A stretch of 63,769 bases of DNA, counting the filler, from Ionaspis alba (lineage: Eukaryota): the NCBI GenBank assembly GCA_964255285.1. It is 6 parts of 6 records of this genome, joined end to end, with 100 filler letters (N's around TTAATTAATTAA, not from the genome) between each part and the next. Parts side by side here need not be neighbours in the genome. Positions count along the whole stretch, not along the records: positions 1 to 10,588 come from CAXUUL010000597.1; positions 10,689 to 21,247 come from CAXUUL010000598.1; 4 more parts are not named here. One strand, written 5' to 3'. Each line of letters starts with the position of its first letter. Positions within the stretch are counted from its first letter, which is position 1. Below are positions 1 through 12,251 of the stretch, in pieces. Under the pieces are notes generated by a model. That model was not told the DNA's origin and did no database searches. It was given only the letters and a program-made list of their open reading frames with translations. The position numbers and the translations under genes were made by a program.

Positions 1-91
1 TTGTAAACATTCTGTTGACGAGTTTCGAGTCATTTATGTTGATCGTCACCTTCTCCAAATCAGTAGAATTTACCTCAGAAAATCTGGCAAC

Positions 92-1724
92 ATGTCCATG
101 GATATCGACGCTCCCATATCGATCCCACAAAGACCCGCAATACCACAAAGTAATGCAACGTGCGTGGACTTCTTTATATTTTCGATTTGCGTAGACACTG
201 ATACACCCTAGTATTCTCTGCTGCAACTGTGGTGTACCGATCGATGGCACGACTTCTGCCGGCGCACTCTGCTATGAATGTGTGAAACTCACTGTAGACG
301 TATCTGAAGGCATACAAAGAGAGGCAACACTACACATCTGCCGAGACTGCGAAAGGTGGCTTCAGCCACCAGCACACTGGATCACAGCCGCCCCGGAGTC
401 AAGAGAATTGCTAGCTCTATGTTTACGGAAGCTCCGAGGACTGTCCAAGGTCAGAATTATAGATGCGAGCTTTATATGGACAGAGCCACATTCAAGGCGG
501 ATTAAGGTGAAGATTACAATACAGCAGGAGGCTTTCCATGGGACAATACTGCAGCAGACATTTGAGGTAGAATACGTGGTAGCATATCATCAATGTCCGG
601 ACTGTGCGAAATCTTTCACAGCAAATACATGGCGAGCAGTTGTCCAGGTCCGACAAAAGGTGCCACATAAACGAACGTTCTTGTATCTCGAGCAGCTCAT
701 TCTCAAGCACTCAGCGCACAAAGATACTATAAACATAAAGGAAGTGAAAGACGGACTGGACTTCTTCTACGCTCAGCGGAATCATGCCGAGAAGTTCGTG
801 GACTTTTTGACATCTGTTGCACCGGTCAAGTCTAAGAAATCCCAAGAATTGATATCGATGGACATCCACACGTCCACCAAGTCCTACAAATTTTCGTTCT
901 CCTGCGAGCTTGTTCCCATATGTAAGGACGATCTTGTCGCTCTTCCCATCAAACTAGCGAAGCAGGTTGGCAACATATTACCCTTGACCATCTGCCACCG
1001 TGTTGGAACGGCAATCAACCTCCTCGACCCTACTACCCTTCAGACTGCAGAAGTTCCAACGTCAATATACTGGCGCTCTCCTTTTGTTTCTCTTGCGGAT
1101 GTTCAAGAACTTGTTGAGTTCGTGGTCCTGGATATCGAACCGCTAGGACCGGAAAAAGGGCGTTTTATCCTCGCCGAGGCGACTGTGGCGCGAGCATCCG
1201 ATCTTGGTGTGAATGATACGAGCTACTATACTCGGACGCATCTTGGTGGTGTCCTGCATCCAGGAGACTCGGTAATGGGCTATCATCTCACAGGCACAAA
1301 TTTCAATAACAAGCATTTCGAAGCCATAGAAGAGAGTAACGCATATGCTTCCCAAATCCCTGATGTAATGCTCGTCAAGAAATTCTACGCTAGACGGAAG
1401 AAAAACAAAACACGCAATTGGCGTTTGAAGCGTATGAACAAGGATGAAGGAGAAATGCTACCTAAGAAGCAGGATCAAGAAAAGATGGAGAGAGACTTCG
1501 AAATGTTCTTAAGGGATGTGGAGGAGGATGAGGAGCTGCGGAGTACGGTGGCATTGTACAAGCAGCGGATGGAGAAGGACAGGATGGAAGGAGTAGAAAC
1601 GGCGAGTGTGGCTGAGACAGAGGAAACAGACGCAGAAGGCGTGCCGAAGATCGACATTAGCGAGTTACTCGACGAATTCGAAGAACTCAACGTGGAAGAT
1701 GGGGAAAACGGAGGTGGAGGATAG
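92..1724 (+). CDS. NMD3: 60S ribosomal export adaptor NMD3
   Basis: ATG at 92; intron 160-211 (GTGCGT..TAG) restores ILCCNCG. CxxC pairs plus WTEPHSRRIKVK and VQVRQKVPHKRTF motifs; acidic Leu-rich C-terminus. Confidence 0.96.
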
Positions 1725-1783
1725 ATCTTCGAATTCGTGTTTTAGCTTGCAATGGAATGCTAGTCGACCTCGATCCTAAGTCG

Positions 1784-2791
1784 TTAGAATATCTTGCTCA
1801 GGACTCTCGTCACATGCTCGGGCTGCTCTGCACCGCTTTTTCCATCCGTATCTCTCACCCTGACCTCACTTTGTCTAAACCTCCTCTCATGCTTCCTCCT
1901 CTTGCCGGTATCCTTTACCGGCTCTGCATTGTCTACACCAGCTCGAGGTCCATTACCTCCATCAATCACCTTCCTCTCCTCCTTCGTCTTCCTCTTTGCC
2001 TCCATCCCCGCCTCCTTCTTCGCCATTTCCACATTCCCTAAGAACACCTTTCTCTCCCTCATCTCCTTTTGCAGCTCTGCTCTCATCCTTCCCTCTCTCA
2101 TCCTCTCCTCCCCCTGTACCTGCTCCATCAAGTCCGACCACTTGAAACCTCTCAAGTACTTGATGTTCCAAATATCATCATGATACCAGCCTCCTTTCTT
2201 TCCTCCGATGATCTCCCCGTTGAGGGTCTCAGCGCAGATCTTAGCATGCTTTTTCGAGGCAAATTCGACCCAGCCATCGACGAAGGAGCGTTTCTTGTTC
2301 CCACCACCTTTGAGACGCCGTGCGTAGCTAGCGGCGGGCTCGGGTGTGAGGAAGAGCCGATTGATAGTGCCGTATGGTGTCAGTAGATGCTTGAGAGTGG
2401 AGGGACGCATGAATGGTGGTATACGAGATAGATAAATGACGCCTGTTTTGCGAGCCCTAAGCTGCGAGGCTGCAAGCTGGGACTTCGTGAGGGGTTTGAG
2501 CTTTGAATTGGTTTTGGAGAGGCTCTTCCTCGTCGCGACGAAGGCATCATTTGATGCAGCTTCTGGCTCGAGAGCACCGTCTCTGATGATGTCTTCTTTG
2601 TCGCCTCCTTCTTCTTCATCTGAGAAATCTGCTTCATCCTCGCCTGCAGAGTGGTCGACTTTGCGCCGTTTCGAGCTCCGAGATTGTAGGTTTGTGGTTC
2701 TACTGTCTTCGAAATCGTCTGCGGAATGGTTGGACTGCTCCTCGTCCGTCAAGCCCACGTCTAGGTAGTCACTATGTTTGCGGGTCGCCAT
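1784..2791 (-). CDS. ESF2: Pre-rRNA processing protein Esf2/ABT1 (RRM-like)
   Basis: GVIYLSRIPPFMRP, GWVEF and GGKKGGWYHDDIWNIKYLRGFKW motifs in a single 335-aa ORF. Confidence 0.94.
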   Translation of the reverse strand: MATRKHSDYLDVGLTDEEQSNHSADDFEDSRTTNLQSRSSKRRKVDHSAGEDEADFSDEEEGGDKEDIIRDGALEPEAASNDAFVATRKSLSKTNSKLKPLTKSQLAASQLRARKTGVIYLSRIPPFMRPSTLKHLLTPYGTINRLFLTPEPAASYARRLKGGGNKKRSFVDGWVEFASKKHAKICAETLNGEIIGGKKGGWYHDDIWNIKYLRGFKWSDLMEQVQGEERMREGRMRAELQKEMRERKVFLGNVEMAKKEAGMEAKRKTKEERKVIDGGNGPRAGVDNAEPVKDTGKRRKHERRFRQSEVRVRDTDGKSGAEQPEHVTRVLSKIF

Positions 2792-2969
2792 TGCGTTCTG
2801 AGTGGACGGCGCAAGAGGACGTGTGTATATTTGGTATGGAAATTGTCTAGATCGGAGAGTTGGATAATGCCGGCAATTTCTCAGCCCTAAGGAATTTCTC
2901 TTGTTTCTTCGAAGAGAAGCTTAGCTGCAACTTTCAGATTGCTGTCCGTCCAGTCCAAAATTTTCTTTG

Positions 2970-5222
2970 ATGGTCATGAGGAAAGCTTTTCTGGCATTGA
3001 GTAGATGCAATGCCTGCCACTTCACTCTGTTGAACAACTTTGCGTCTGTAGCTGGAATTCCACTGCGTCCTGCAGTGACAATACAGTCACGACAGTCGTG
3101 GCGGAAGACATTGAACCGCGGGTTTGCATCTTCGAGACTACAATCCTCAGACTCTCTACAGCACAATGAAAGCAGCAGGGAAACTCCTATCGGGGACACT
3201 GCTACCCAAGAAGGAACCACGACCGATAACGCTTCTTCGACAACACAGGATCCGGTACCATGGTACCTTCAAATACCGACTTTGCAACCGGTGACCAGTC
3301 CTCTGTCCGAAAGACAAAAACTTCCAGAACTTCCAGAGAACCCGCCCGTACTACTTCAGCCTCTATTAGAGCACATCTCGATCGACATCGGCCTTGACGA
3401 CCTGACCCTACTTGACCTCCGCAACCTTGACCCACCACCTGCTCTTGGCGCAAACCTCCTTATGGTTATTGGAACCGCCCGAAGTGAAAAACATCTACAC
3501 GTATCTGCCGATAGGTTTTGCAGATGGTTACGGACGAATTACAAGCTCAAGCCATATGCTGATGGTCTTCTGGGACGAAACGAGCTGAAGCTCAAGCTGA
3601 GGAGGAAGGCCAGGAGAGCGAAGTTGCTCGGGAGTGTTGGTTCTAGTGAGACTGGGAATCCAGATGATGGCATACGAACGGGCTGGGTATGCGTCAATGT
3701 TGGAGTCATTGCGGAAGTTGAAGGGGCCAGCGAAGAAGACATGGTTGCAGACGGGTTTGTTGGTTTCGGAGGACTGCCAGAAGGTGTGAAACTTGTTGTT
3801 CAGATGCTCACTGAGGAGAAGAGGGAAGAGCTCGATCTGGAGAGTCTATGGGGAGGATTCCTGAGACGACAACGACGGAAAGCGGAAAGGGAGGCTGAGA
3901 AGTCTCTCCTGGAGAAGGAGGAAGAGGTGGGTTCTACGTGTAGATCTGGGAAAATTCCTATTGCTGATCTCTCCCCCTTGACGGCAAATAGTCCGACAAT
4001 ACCAACAAGGCACCTGCTCAGTCAACGACGGTGCTTCCATACCAGCACTCGTCATGATGGGGGAAATGTTTTGGAACGGGGGGCACGAACAGCAGAAAAC
4101 CAAGAAACGGTTCTCGAACCCTCGGTGAAAAACATGGAGTCATCAGAGCATGACAGCGACGAACGTCACAGAAATCTCTTTGACAAAACCATCCATTCTC
4201 TAGGCTTAAGGGGTCTGGTTGAATACCTCGAAACTCTCAATGATGGCGATATTATTACCGCCCTTGGCAAAGGTGCTCAAGACTTCAGTTCTACGTCCGA
4301 CTTTGGTTCCACTTCTTTCTTGACCGCCTTCAATCACCAGATACCACTTTTTCCAGAGACACACCATTGGCAATGTCGGTTCGATCTGATAAATCTCGCT
4401 TTGCGTGTAAATCATCCAGGTTACAGTGCCATTGATGTCTTAAACTTGCTCAGACAGATGCAAATGTCTGCCACTACGATCCCTGCCTCGATTCTGGAAT
4501 CGGTTTTCTCGACCCTAGCAAACCATGCCAGTGAACTAGCAGCAAAGTCTGACAATTCTCAGCTATCCCCTGAGGCTGTTCTAGATCTTCTGATCGAATT
4601 GATGGAAGAAATGAGTCTTCGCTCGCACGAAATACTCAATGAGGCAATCTGCGTGAACCTCTTGAAGGTCCTGACCAAAATCTTCCTTGATACAGGTTTC
4701 CAAGATGACAGCCGCATCAGAAAGCATGCAATTGTTCGCTTCGTGAGGGTTCTAGATAAGAAGAGGGTTCACTTTACGAGAGTAGAGTCGCATTTACAGA
4801 TATTGACGTGTTTATCTTCCTCCGAACACTGGGTCGAGTATTGGAGACACTGGCGTGGCATGGCGCGACGAATGCAACGAAGGTCAGCGGAACTATACGC
4901 AATGATGTTCAGACAAATCGCTAGGACAAGACACCGATCACATTGTATCAACGCTCTGAGAGACTGGGTCCCAGAAATGGACATTGAACAGCCCAAGGTG
5001 TTGTTGTCTCCAAACTTAGCCAGAGCGATTATTGAATGCGTGAGGGTTGCCGAACCGTCGATTGACAGGCTTGTGCGGAACACAAACAGCGACAAGGGAG
5101 AGTGGACCAAATTATATCGACGATGCTGGGAACGAGCAGGCATGGTAGTTGCGACCCCTAAGATTACTCAGCAGGAACTTGAGGACAACTCCAAGGTCTT
5201 AAACGACATTGACGATCTCTGA
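2970..5222 (+). CDS. ATP25: Mitochondrial ATPase synthesis protein Atp25
   Basis: Arg/Ser-rich presequence, VPWYL, LDLRNLDPPPALGANLLMVIGTARSEKHL, DGLLGRNELKLKLRRK, GWVCVNVG and REELDLESLW. First ATG at 2970; the ORF track starts at TTG 2967. Confidence 0.9.
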   Translation: MVMRKAFLALSRCNACHFTLLNNFASVAGIPLRPAVTIQSRQSWRKTLNRGFASSRLQSSDSLQHNESSRETPIGDTATQEGTTTDNASSTTQDPVPWYLQIPTLQPVTSPLSERQKLPELPENPPVLLQPLLEHISIDIGLDDLTLLDLRNLDPPPALGANLLMVIGTARSEKHLHVSADRFCRWLRTNYKLKPYADGLLGRNELKLKLRRKARRAKLLGSVGSSETGNPDDGIRTGWVCVNVGVIAEVEGASEEDMVADGFVGFGGLPEGVKLVVQMLTEEKREELDLESLWGGFLRRQRRKAEREAEKSLLEKEEEVGSTCRSGKIPIADLSPLTANSPTIPTRHLLSQRRCFHTSTRHDGGNVLERGARTAENQETVLEPSVKNMESSEHDSDERHRNLFDKTIHSLGLRGLVEYLETLNDGDIITALGKGAQDFSSTSDFGSTSFLTAFNHQIPLFPETHHWQCRFDLINLALRVNHPGYSAIDVLNLLRQMQMSATTIPASILESVFSTLANHASELAAKSDNSQLSPEAVLDLLIELMEEMSLRSHEILNEAICVNLLKVLTKIFLDTGFQDDSRIRKHAIVRFVRVLDKKRVHFTRVESHLQILTCLSSSEHWVEYWRHWRGMARRMQRRSAELYAMMFRQIARTRHRSHCINALRDWVPEMDIEQPKVLLSPNLARAIIECVRVAEPSIDRLVRNTNSDKGEWTKLYRRCWERAGMVVATPKITQQELEDNSKVLNDIDDL

Positions 5223-5298
5223 TGCCATCAACCTCCAGGGACATTCTCACTTCCCACTTTGATCTAGGCACGAGGGGAAAAATGTCCTGCCCGATTTC

Positions 5299-6615
5299 TC
5301 AAACTTCAGTGGTCCAGTGGCCCTCCCAATTGAACCTCAGCACTTCATCACCCCAGGACCACCACCCCGCCGTCAGATTCCTCGCGAAGATCTCAAGAGC
5401 TCGATAATTGGTAGGATCTGGGATCATTTGTTCCACCAGTGCTTTCAGGCAGGGTTTTCGTGAATGGACGTCCGGCACGCCAAAGATCATCCTCTCAATA
5501 ACCTCGGGGTTCTTTCGGATTTTGTTCCCAGTCGCTGACGATAACTCGATATCACGCTTTCTCCCGAGCATAAGTCGCTCATATGGTTTCCTCCACACAC
5601 CATCGATATCATAGACTGGCTCGCCTTTGGTCGTCATTTTCAGCCATGTCCATTCTTCAATGAGGTCAAGATCCCATCGCTCAAAAATCTCCTCGACCCT
5701 CTTACGGATAGTCGCTTTGTTTGTAATCCAGCATGCAACCAATCCGTTCGGCGCAATGTGTTTCCGGAGCATGCCCTCCAAGACAGACATCGGATCAGCC
5801 TCTCCAAAAGACTTCCCGATGGTTTTGTACTCCTTGGAACGGTGGACCGACTTGTTCTGCCATGGAGGATCGAGAAGGATGATGTCAAATTGGCCTGGCC
5901 CTGCCGTGGCTGTTGGTGTGGAGAAGATCCCGTCCGCAGTGAGGCTGAAGAAGCTTGCACTTTGGTAGTCAATATTGGTCAGGAAGAAGGCTGAGAGTGG
6001 CGGGATGTGGTATGCTGCATCCGTGGACTTTATCTTCAGCATGGTCGGGCTTGCCGAGTTGTGGATGACCAGGCGATGGCTTGCTGAGTCATATTCAGGT
6101 GCTGTATATATGGATGCATCGGACAATCTCATGGGGCCGGCGATTGCTCGACCAGTGGCTCGTTCGAATGAGATTGTTGGTTCCTGTCTAATGTATTTTA
6201 CTTCTTCGGGCAATTCTTCACTACCAGCTTCCTGGTTTTTTGTTTGTCTCACTGATGAAATAGGCAAAATATGGCGTGGCAGGCACCAATCTCCTTCGTG
6301 CTTGTTCCTGATTTTCTCAAGACCATATTTGATGCCCGTGCCGTACATTAAGCCATAGTCGAAGAGCTTTTCATAAGGATTCATCCTTGCCAGCACTTTT
6401 GCCTTTGCAGCATCTGATTTCGGCTCTGTCGATGGCCACGGTTCATCGATTGCTTTACAGGAATACAATCGCGCTGTTGGAGGGCCTTGCGAAAGTAGCT
6501 GACCAATGGCTATCGATGTCGGTATGTCGAGGACTGTGCGTGTCCTTCCAGTGTTTTGATAAAGAATAGAAGAGTTGGAGTACGCTATGCCCTTTTCTTT
6601 CGTAAGGAGTACCAT
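5299..6615 (-). CDS. MT-A70 family N6-adenine methyltransferase, METTL4-like
   Basis: FDIILLDPPWQNKS catalytic motif, WITNK, EEWTWLKMT..GEPV, RKPYE, HSRKP and LEIFARNL..GWWSWGDEVL. Confidence 0.9.
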   Translation of the reverse strand: MVLLTKEKGIAYSNSSILYQNTGRTRTVLDIPTSIAIGQLLSQGPPTARLYSCKAIDEPWPSTEPKSDAAKAKVLARMNPYEKLFDYGLMYGTGIKYGLEKIRNKHEGDWCLPRHILPISSVRQTKNQEAGSEELPEEVKYIRQEPTISFERATGRAIAGPMRLSDASIYTAPEYDSASHRLVIHNSASPTMLKIKSTDAAYHIPPLSAFFLTNIDYQSASFFSLTADGIFSTPTATAGPGQFDIILLDPPWQNKSVHRSKEYKTIGKSFGEADPMSVLEGMLRKHIAPNGLVACWITNKATIRKRVEEIFERWDLDLIEEWTWLKMTTKGEPVYDIDGVWRKPYERLMLGRKRDIELSSATGNKIRKNPEVIERMIFGVPDVHSRKPCLKALVEQMIPDPTNYRALEIFARNLTAGWWSWGDEVLRFNWEGHWTTEV

Positions 6616-6869
6616 TATGAACGTAGTAGTAGATATTGATATATCTTGTCCAAACTACTTATACCCGTCAACGGCGAGAGCCTCAAAACACCCCTTGCTC
6701 GGCAAGATCTGAAGCGGAATGCGGGATCCGGCTGCCAAGAGACCCCTCCGGACATTTTCCTTACCACCAAAGTACGTCACTCAGCATGTTTTTTAGAATC
6801 ACAATATCTTTACAGCCATAGACCCCTCAATATAGCCACGTTGATATCCAATATTCAGATTTGGTGGGA

Positions 6870-8165
6870 ATGCCCCCAACTCTCAATGGCGCACCGTCCT
6901 ACGCACACATGCAATCACCGGAAATGGATGTCACGCGAGGGGCCAGCAGCAGAGGTAGTAATTCAGCGTCAGCTGTGGGGAAGACGATAGCACCACAAAT
7001 GGCGGGGAGCCAGAAGAAACTCGATAAACAAAGTCTTGACTATATTCTCCGCTCTGGACTGGCAGGAGGTTTGGCAGGGTGTGCTGTAAGTTCCATCTCT
7101 CCACGCAAGAGATCAATTCTGATCATACGGTGCTTTTAGGCCAAAACACTCGTCGGCCCCCTCGATCGCGTTAAGATTCTGTTCCAAGCCTCTAGCCCTC
7201 AATTCACGAAGTATACTGGGTCATGGTTCGGCGTCGTTCGCGCCATGCGCGACATCAACAAGCAGGACGGTCTGCGCGGGCTCTTCCGTGGTCATAGCGC
7301 AACACTCCTGCGCATCTTTCCCTATGCTGCTATCAAGTTTCTCGCCTATGAGCAGATCCGCTCCGTCATCATAAAAAACAAGTCCCAAGAGACGCCCCTC
7401 CGTCGACTCGTCTCCGGCTCCCTGGCCGGCATAACCTCTGTTTTTTTCACATATCCGTTGGAGGTGATCCGGGTACGGTTGGCATTCGAGACAAAGCACG
7501 ATTCAAGAAGTGGACTCGTCAAGATTTGCAAGCAGATATATCAAGAAAGACCAGGGACTCCTTATTCCATATACCAGCCTAGGACCGCTGCCGCATCAAC
7601 CTCCTCCTCAACAGCCTTCCTGCCCACCAAAGTCGCAGCCTCCACACTCGCCGCTACTACATCGACCCTCGAAGCCGTAACACCTCGCTCCGGCCTTGCC
7701 AACTTCTACCGCGGCTTTTCTCCCACACTACTAGGCATGCTGCCTTACGCAGGAATGTCCTTCCTAACGCACGACACAGTCGGCGACTGGCTACGGCATC
7801 CTAGCGTCGCGCGCTACACCACTATTTCTTCCCGCACTCCTCCAAAATCCTCGTATTCTAACGACCATAACGCCACCAGAGCTCGGCTCAAAAATTGGGC
7901 AGAGCTCGTGTCCGGTGCCCTGGCTGGTCTGGTGTCCCAGACATCATCTTATCCACTCGAAGTTATCAGAAGGCGGATGCAAGTTGGGGGAGCAGTGGGC
8001 GATGGACATCGTTTGGGGATAGGAGAAACGGCGCGGAGGATATGGGGAGAAAGGGGAGCGCAAGGATTCTTTGTGGGATTGTCGATTGGGTACTTGAAGG
8101 TTGTGCCGATGGTGGCTGTTAGCTTTTGGGTTTATGAGAGGATGAAGCTTACGCTTGGCATCTAG
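6870..8165 (+). CDS. LEU5: Mitochondrial carrier, CoA transporter Leu5/SLC25A16-like
   Basis: Three PLD/PLE-xx-R/K carrier signatures; GHSATLLRIFPYAAIKF; intron 7086-7139 (GTAAGT..TAG). Start codon is approximate. Confidence 0.88.
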
Positions 8166-8478
8166 ATTAGCATGGACGGCGTTTGGAGTCCCGGCTGCAT
8201 AGGGAGGATAGCATTGTAGAGGGTCACGTTGTGATTGGGGCCGGTATTTGAATGAGTTAAATTAACCTTGTTCATAAGTCAGTGTCTCCTGTCGACTATT
8301 ATTGTGTCGAAGAGGATACTTAAACTCGCTAGAGATTCGAAAGAATATATGACAACGTTTGAACAGTATGTCTATGCATATGTTTTCTCAAATTAGGGTG
8401 TTTCTTATGCCAATGCCTGCAAGCGATAGTCAAGAAAGCCTCCTTATGCTGATGAAAAGTCCTCAAGTATCTCCTCTA

Positions 8479-9382
8479 TCAATCGAAACTCTCGCTTAGA
8501 GCAACAAGACTGAATCTTAAATCTCCACCACCTGCCTCCTCCTCCCTCTTCAAGAAGCTCTTCACCCCCAACGCCAATGCCTTCTCGCTCAGCACGTCAT
8601 CGTCATCGTCCAGCTTGCCACGGTTGAGTGGCCCTATTCTTCGCCCATCCAGTTCCCACAGATTTTTCTTGGACGATTTGACAAAGCAGACGTAATGAAG
8701 ATCAACATTCGTATCCGCTTCAGGAGCCGCAGTATCACCTTTCGAGGCAGCGGATGCGTGGGCAGACTCTAACGCTCGGGATTCGTAGAGGAGGTCTGCT
8801 CGCTGAATGGGCTTCAGAGGTGTGGCTTGCTCGAGCAGGTTTTCAAGGTCCGATTGCGGCTCTGAAACCTCCATGTCAGATTCACCGCACCACTTCTCTG
8901 GCTTTGGTTTGGAAAGGACAACCCACCAATATACTTCTTCACAGCCCCATTGCTTACACCATGCAGCAGCCCTATCAATCCACAAGCATTGCCAATCGTC
9001 TGCTTAAACCACATAACCTCCTCATCAGGTCCGAAGCCCTCATAATCTGCTTTCCCACCATCTTCCTGTGCTCTAAACTTCTCATACGTGTCGCTGACCG
9101 GAAAGACCAGGAGAAGCGCATATGCTGGTCTCGGGACGAAGGCAAGTAGATCTGGATCATCGATGCTGTACACGTCGTGAAAGCTTACTTTTGCTGAGAG
9201 GCCTAGTTGGTGGACAAGAGTCGACATAACTTCGGGATTGTTTTCTGGCGCGTCCTTCAGCCATGACTGAAGGTGGAGGTGCCTACTAAAGGCATACCTA
9301 GAGGCACGAAACGCTTCTTGGAGGCGGGAACATCGGGGTCGCCGGCCGCTTGGGTCTGTGAGGGTTTGCTCGATTCGGCCAT
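8479..9382 (-). CDS. YUH1: Ubiquitin C-terminal hydrolase (peptidase C12, UCH-L3/Yuh1)
   Basis: FVPLENNPEVM across intron 9245-9297; KQTIGNACG, LHYVCFVK and WELDGRR catalytic residues; second intron 8862-8926. Confidence 0.92.
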
Positions 9383-9631
9383 GTTGCTATGATAAACTCG
9401 GATTTTGAACAGTACCTCTAGGAAACAAGGATTAGATGTAGAAATCTTGAACCGAAGCTAAACTGAAGAAATGACGCCAAACGATCAAATCAAATAAGCA
9501 GCGGGTAGGGCTAAGCCCGATGTACATCCTAGTTGCAGATCATGGCGCAACCTCGGTTCATGTCGAAGCTCTTGAAGTAAAGCTCTTGACTTACATGACT
9601 GTTTACTTCATCACTGCCAATCTGACCCGTG

Positions 9632-10588
9632 ATGGAGTTTATCTCAAGCTTACAAGATGGGCTTGATGATCATAAACCATCTCTCTTCGGTATTCCGTGT
9701 GTTCCCTTGACGAAGCTCTATTACTAACCTTGAGCAGAACTTCTGTCGGAGCAACAGCTTTCCTCCCTCCTTTCCCCCTCCCTTCGCTACCTCCTTGTTC
9801 TTGCCACCCAACGACATCCTCGCTACCTTCTCCGGGTCCTCAATTCTTTTGATGAAATCTATGCGATCGTTTCGCTGGTGGTGGAGCGACATTTCCTCCT
9901 TACCTATGGCGGCGGATTTACCGAGAACTTCTATGGGCTCAAGCGTGAGCGCGTCCTACGAATCAAAGGCGGAGAGGCGCCTCGAGCTCAGATTGCGGTT
10001 CCGAACCTTATGAGAGCGACATTGAAGCTTCAAACTAGTGACATATGGAAAAACCTGGCTGTGATTGTTGGCATTCCCTACCTCAAACGCAAACTTGACG
10101 AGAGTTTCGACATCCACGCTCCGCAGGCTGTCATATTAGGCCCGAGCTATAATCGAGACTCTTTACCTCCGCACGCAACATTTCGACAAAAAATACTCTA
10201 CTACTATAAGTGGTTTTTACGGAATATATACCCTAGCATAAATGGCGCTTATTATTTCTCCCTTTTGGCTTTCAATCTCGCTTATCTGTTTGATAATACC
10301 AAATACTCCTCGCCCTTCCTATACCTGATTGGCACACGTATGCGCCGTATGGGTGAAGCCGACTACAGAGCCATCGCTCTTGCTTCGCAGCCAAAACCTA
10401 CATCTCCAGCACCAGCAGCTCGGCCCGGCCAGGCTACGAGCATATTTAATCCACGAACGCTTGGAGCTGCAATCATCCCACGCCTTCTCTCCAGCCTCAA
10501 GATCCTCCTCCCAACGTCCATATTTGCCCTCAAATTTCTTGAGTGGTGGCACGCCTCCGACTTTGGACGACAGCTCTCCAGGAAAGCA
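9632..10588 (+). CDS. PEX12: Peroxin Pex12, 3' end (RING) lost in the assembly gap
   Basis: [13 protein letters not shown] across intron 9690-9737; [15 protein letters not shown] and [13 protein letters not shown]; runs into Ns at 10589. Confidence 0.92.
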
Positions 10589-10632
10589 NNNNNNNNNNNN
10601 NNNNNNNNNNNNNNNNNNNNNNNNNNNNNNNN

Positions 10633-10644
10633 TTAATTAATTAA
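10633..10644. other. Artificial contig-join linker TTAATTAATTAA inside N-runs (also 21292-21303, 31931-31942, 42568-42579, 53198-53209)
   Basis: Identical palindromic 12-mer with stops in all six frames, always flanked by Ns. Confidence 0.93.
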
Positions 10645-10913
10645 NNNNNNNNNNNNNNNNNNNNNNNNNNNNNNNNNNNNNNNNNNNNAGTATATCATCC
10701 CTCTCGCGCCGTCGCCAGCGCCATGTCCACCCCTCCTGCGAAGGAGTTCTTTTCCATATCTATATCTCCAGTATTTCGTCAAACGTATTTTCCAATTCCA
10801 GCACACACCACCAACCACACTGGGAGTCGAAGCAAGATAATCGCAGGCCCAAAGAGCCGCCTCCTTTACGTCCTCGCCGCGCTCCAATCCTGACGATGTC
10901 CGGTTCCTTATCT

Positions 10914-11535
10914 TCATCTCCTACGATCTAGCGCTCTCCCCACTCCTTCGACCCTCGCACGGAACCCCTTCACGATATCACGAATATGCCGCACCTTATC
11001 GAATTCCATTTCCAACTCATCAATCTGCCTCAGTATCTCCTTGAAGCGGGCGATCTCGGCATCAGCACCAGCGACAGTGTTGCGCGCACCGCGGGACTGG
11101 GCGGTGGTCGAGAGGGTGGTCTGGGTTGATAGCTGCGCACTCGTCAGCTCAGCTACTCCGAGCGCATCTGGCGCAGGCGCCATAGTGCCTGCAGCCACCG
11201 AGAGAGGAGAGGGAATCGCAGCATACATAATCCACTCTTGCCTGAATGCTACCCATCAACCTCTCAAAATGCGCTCCCAGCACCGCCAGACTGCCCGCAT
11301 CCAGCATCAGCCGTCCCTGGCCATGGCTAGTACCAGCACTGCCAGCGCGTGACGTGCTGCTGCTTCCACTACTTCTGCTCTGGCCGCGCCCGCGGGAGGA
11401 GGTGGATGAGCCGTGATGGGAAGAGCCTGCGTAGGGCGCGAGAGCTTGTTGTTGGTGCTGGCGCAGAATGCGGATTTCGTCGGAGGAGAGGCCGAGCTGG
11501 GTGTCGGGGATTGAGGCGGGGAGAGGAGCGGGCAT
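10914..11535 (-). CDS. Small coiled-coil protein resembling BLOC-1 subunit Cnl1
   Basis: IPDTQLGLSSDEIRILRQHQQ exon joined by intron 11133-11226 (GTATGC..CTGAC..CAG) to EIARFKEILRQIDELEMEFDKVRHIRDIVK. Family assignment is from recall only. Confidence 0.65.
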
Positions 11536-12251
11536 TGCTGGCTAGCTCTGGGAGGGGAGGGAGAGAGTGGGTTTGGTGAGAGGGATTGGCATTGTGAGGA
11601 GATGGATTGTGGGCAGTGAGGTTGGTGCGAGGAGGAGAGTAGAGAGAGTAGAGTCGCGATGGTAGAATGGTTAGGTCGGACGAACCATTTTATCTTGGGG
11701 TGATGGATGGTATGGGCGAATTGTCGCGTGGTGGTGTGGTCTTGTATGGGACGCACAGCTGATGGTGAGTGTCGGGCATGGATGCGGGTATTGGGCGGCG
11801 AGGCGCTAGGCTGGATTGAGGGTAGGGCTTGAACTCGTTTGCGGGTGATCGTTCGATTGTAGGGTTCCTATGGTTCAATGGATGAAGGATTCGACGTTCA
11901 ATTCATGCCTGACAGCTCTTGGTTTAGAGTCAAATGCTTGAGGTGAGGCTGAAGGTCGAGTAACGACACCCTTGCATCCTCGTCGATGGGTATGATTGAT
12001 CTATTAACTCGAACCATGCTGCACAATCGTGCGTATAGCTTTATCTCCGAAAGACTCCGCGACCAGTCATTGAGAAGATGCAAGCTTGAAATGTACATGT
12101 TGCATAAAGGGTCCCTTGCTCCGTCCCATAAGCTGCGCGACATCATAGTACAGGTGATAGTACATTTGATGGTCCAGCCACCATTTTCCAGCATCAGCCA
12201 AATCACAATCGATCAATGTACATATTCTACCCCACAAAGTATCGTGACACA

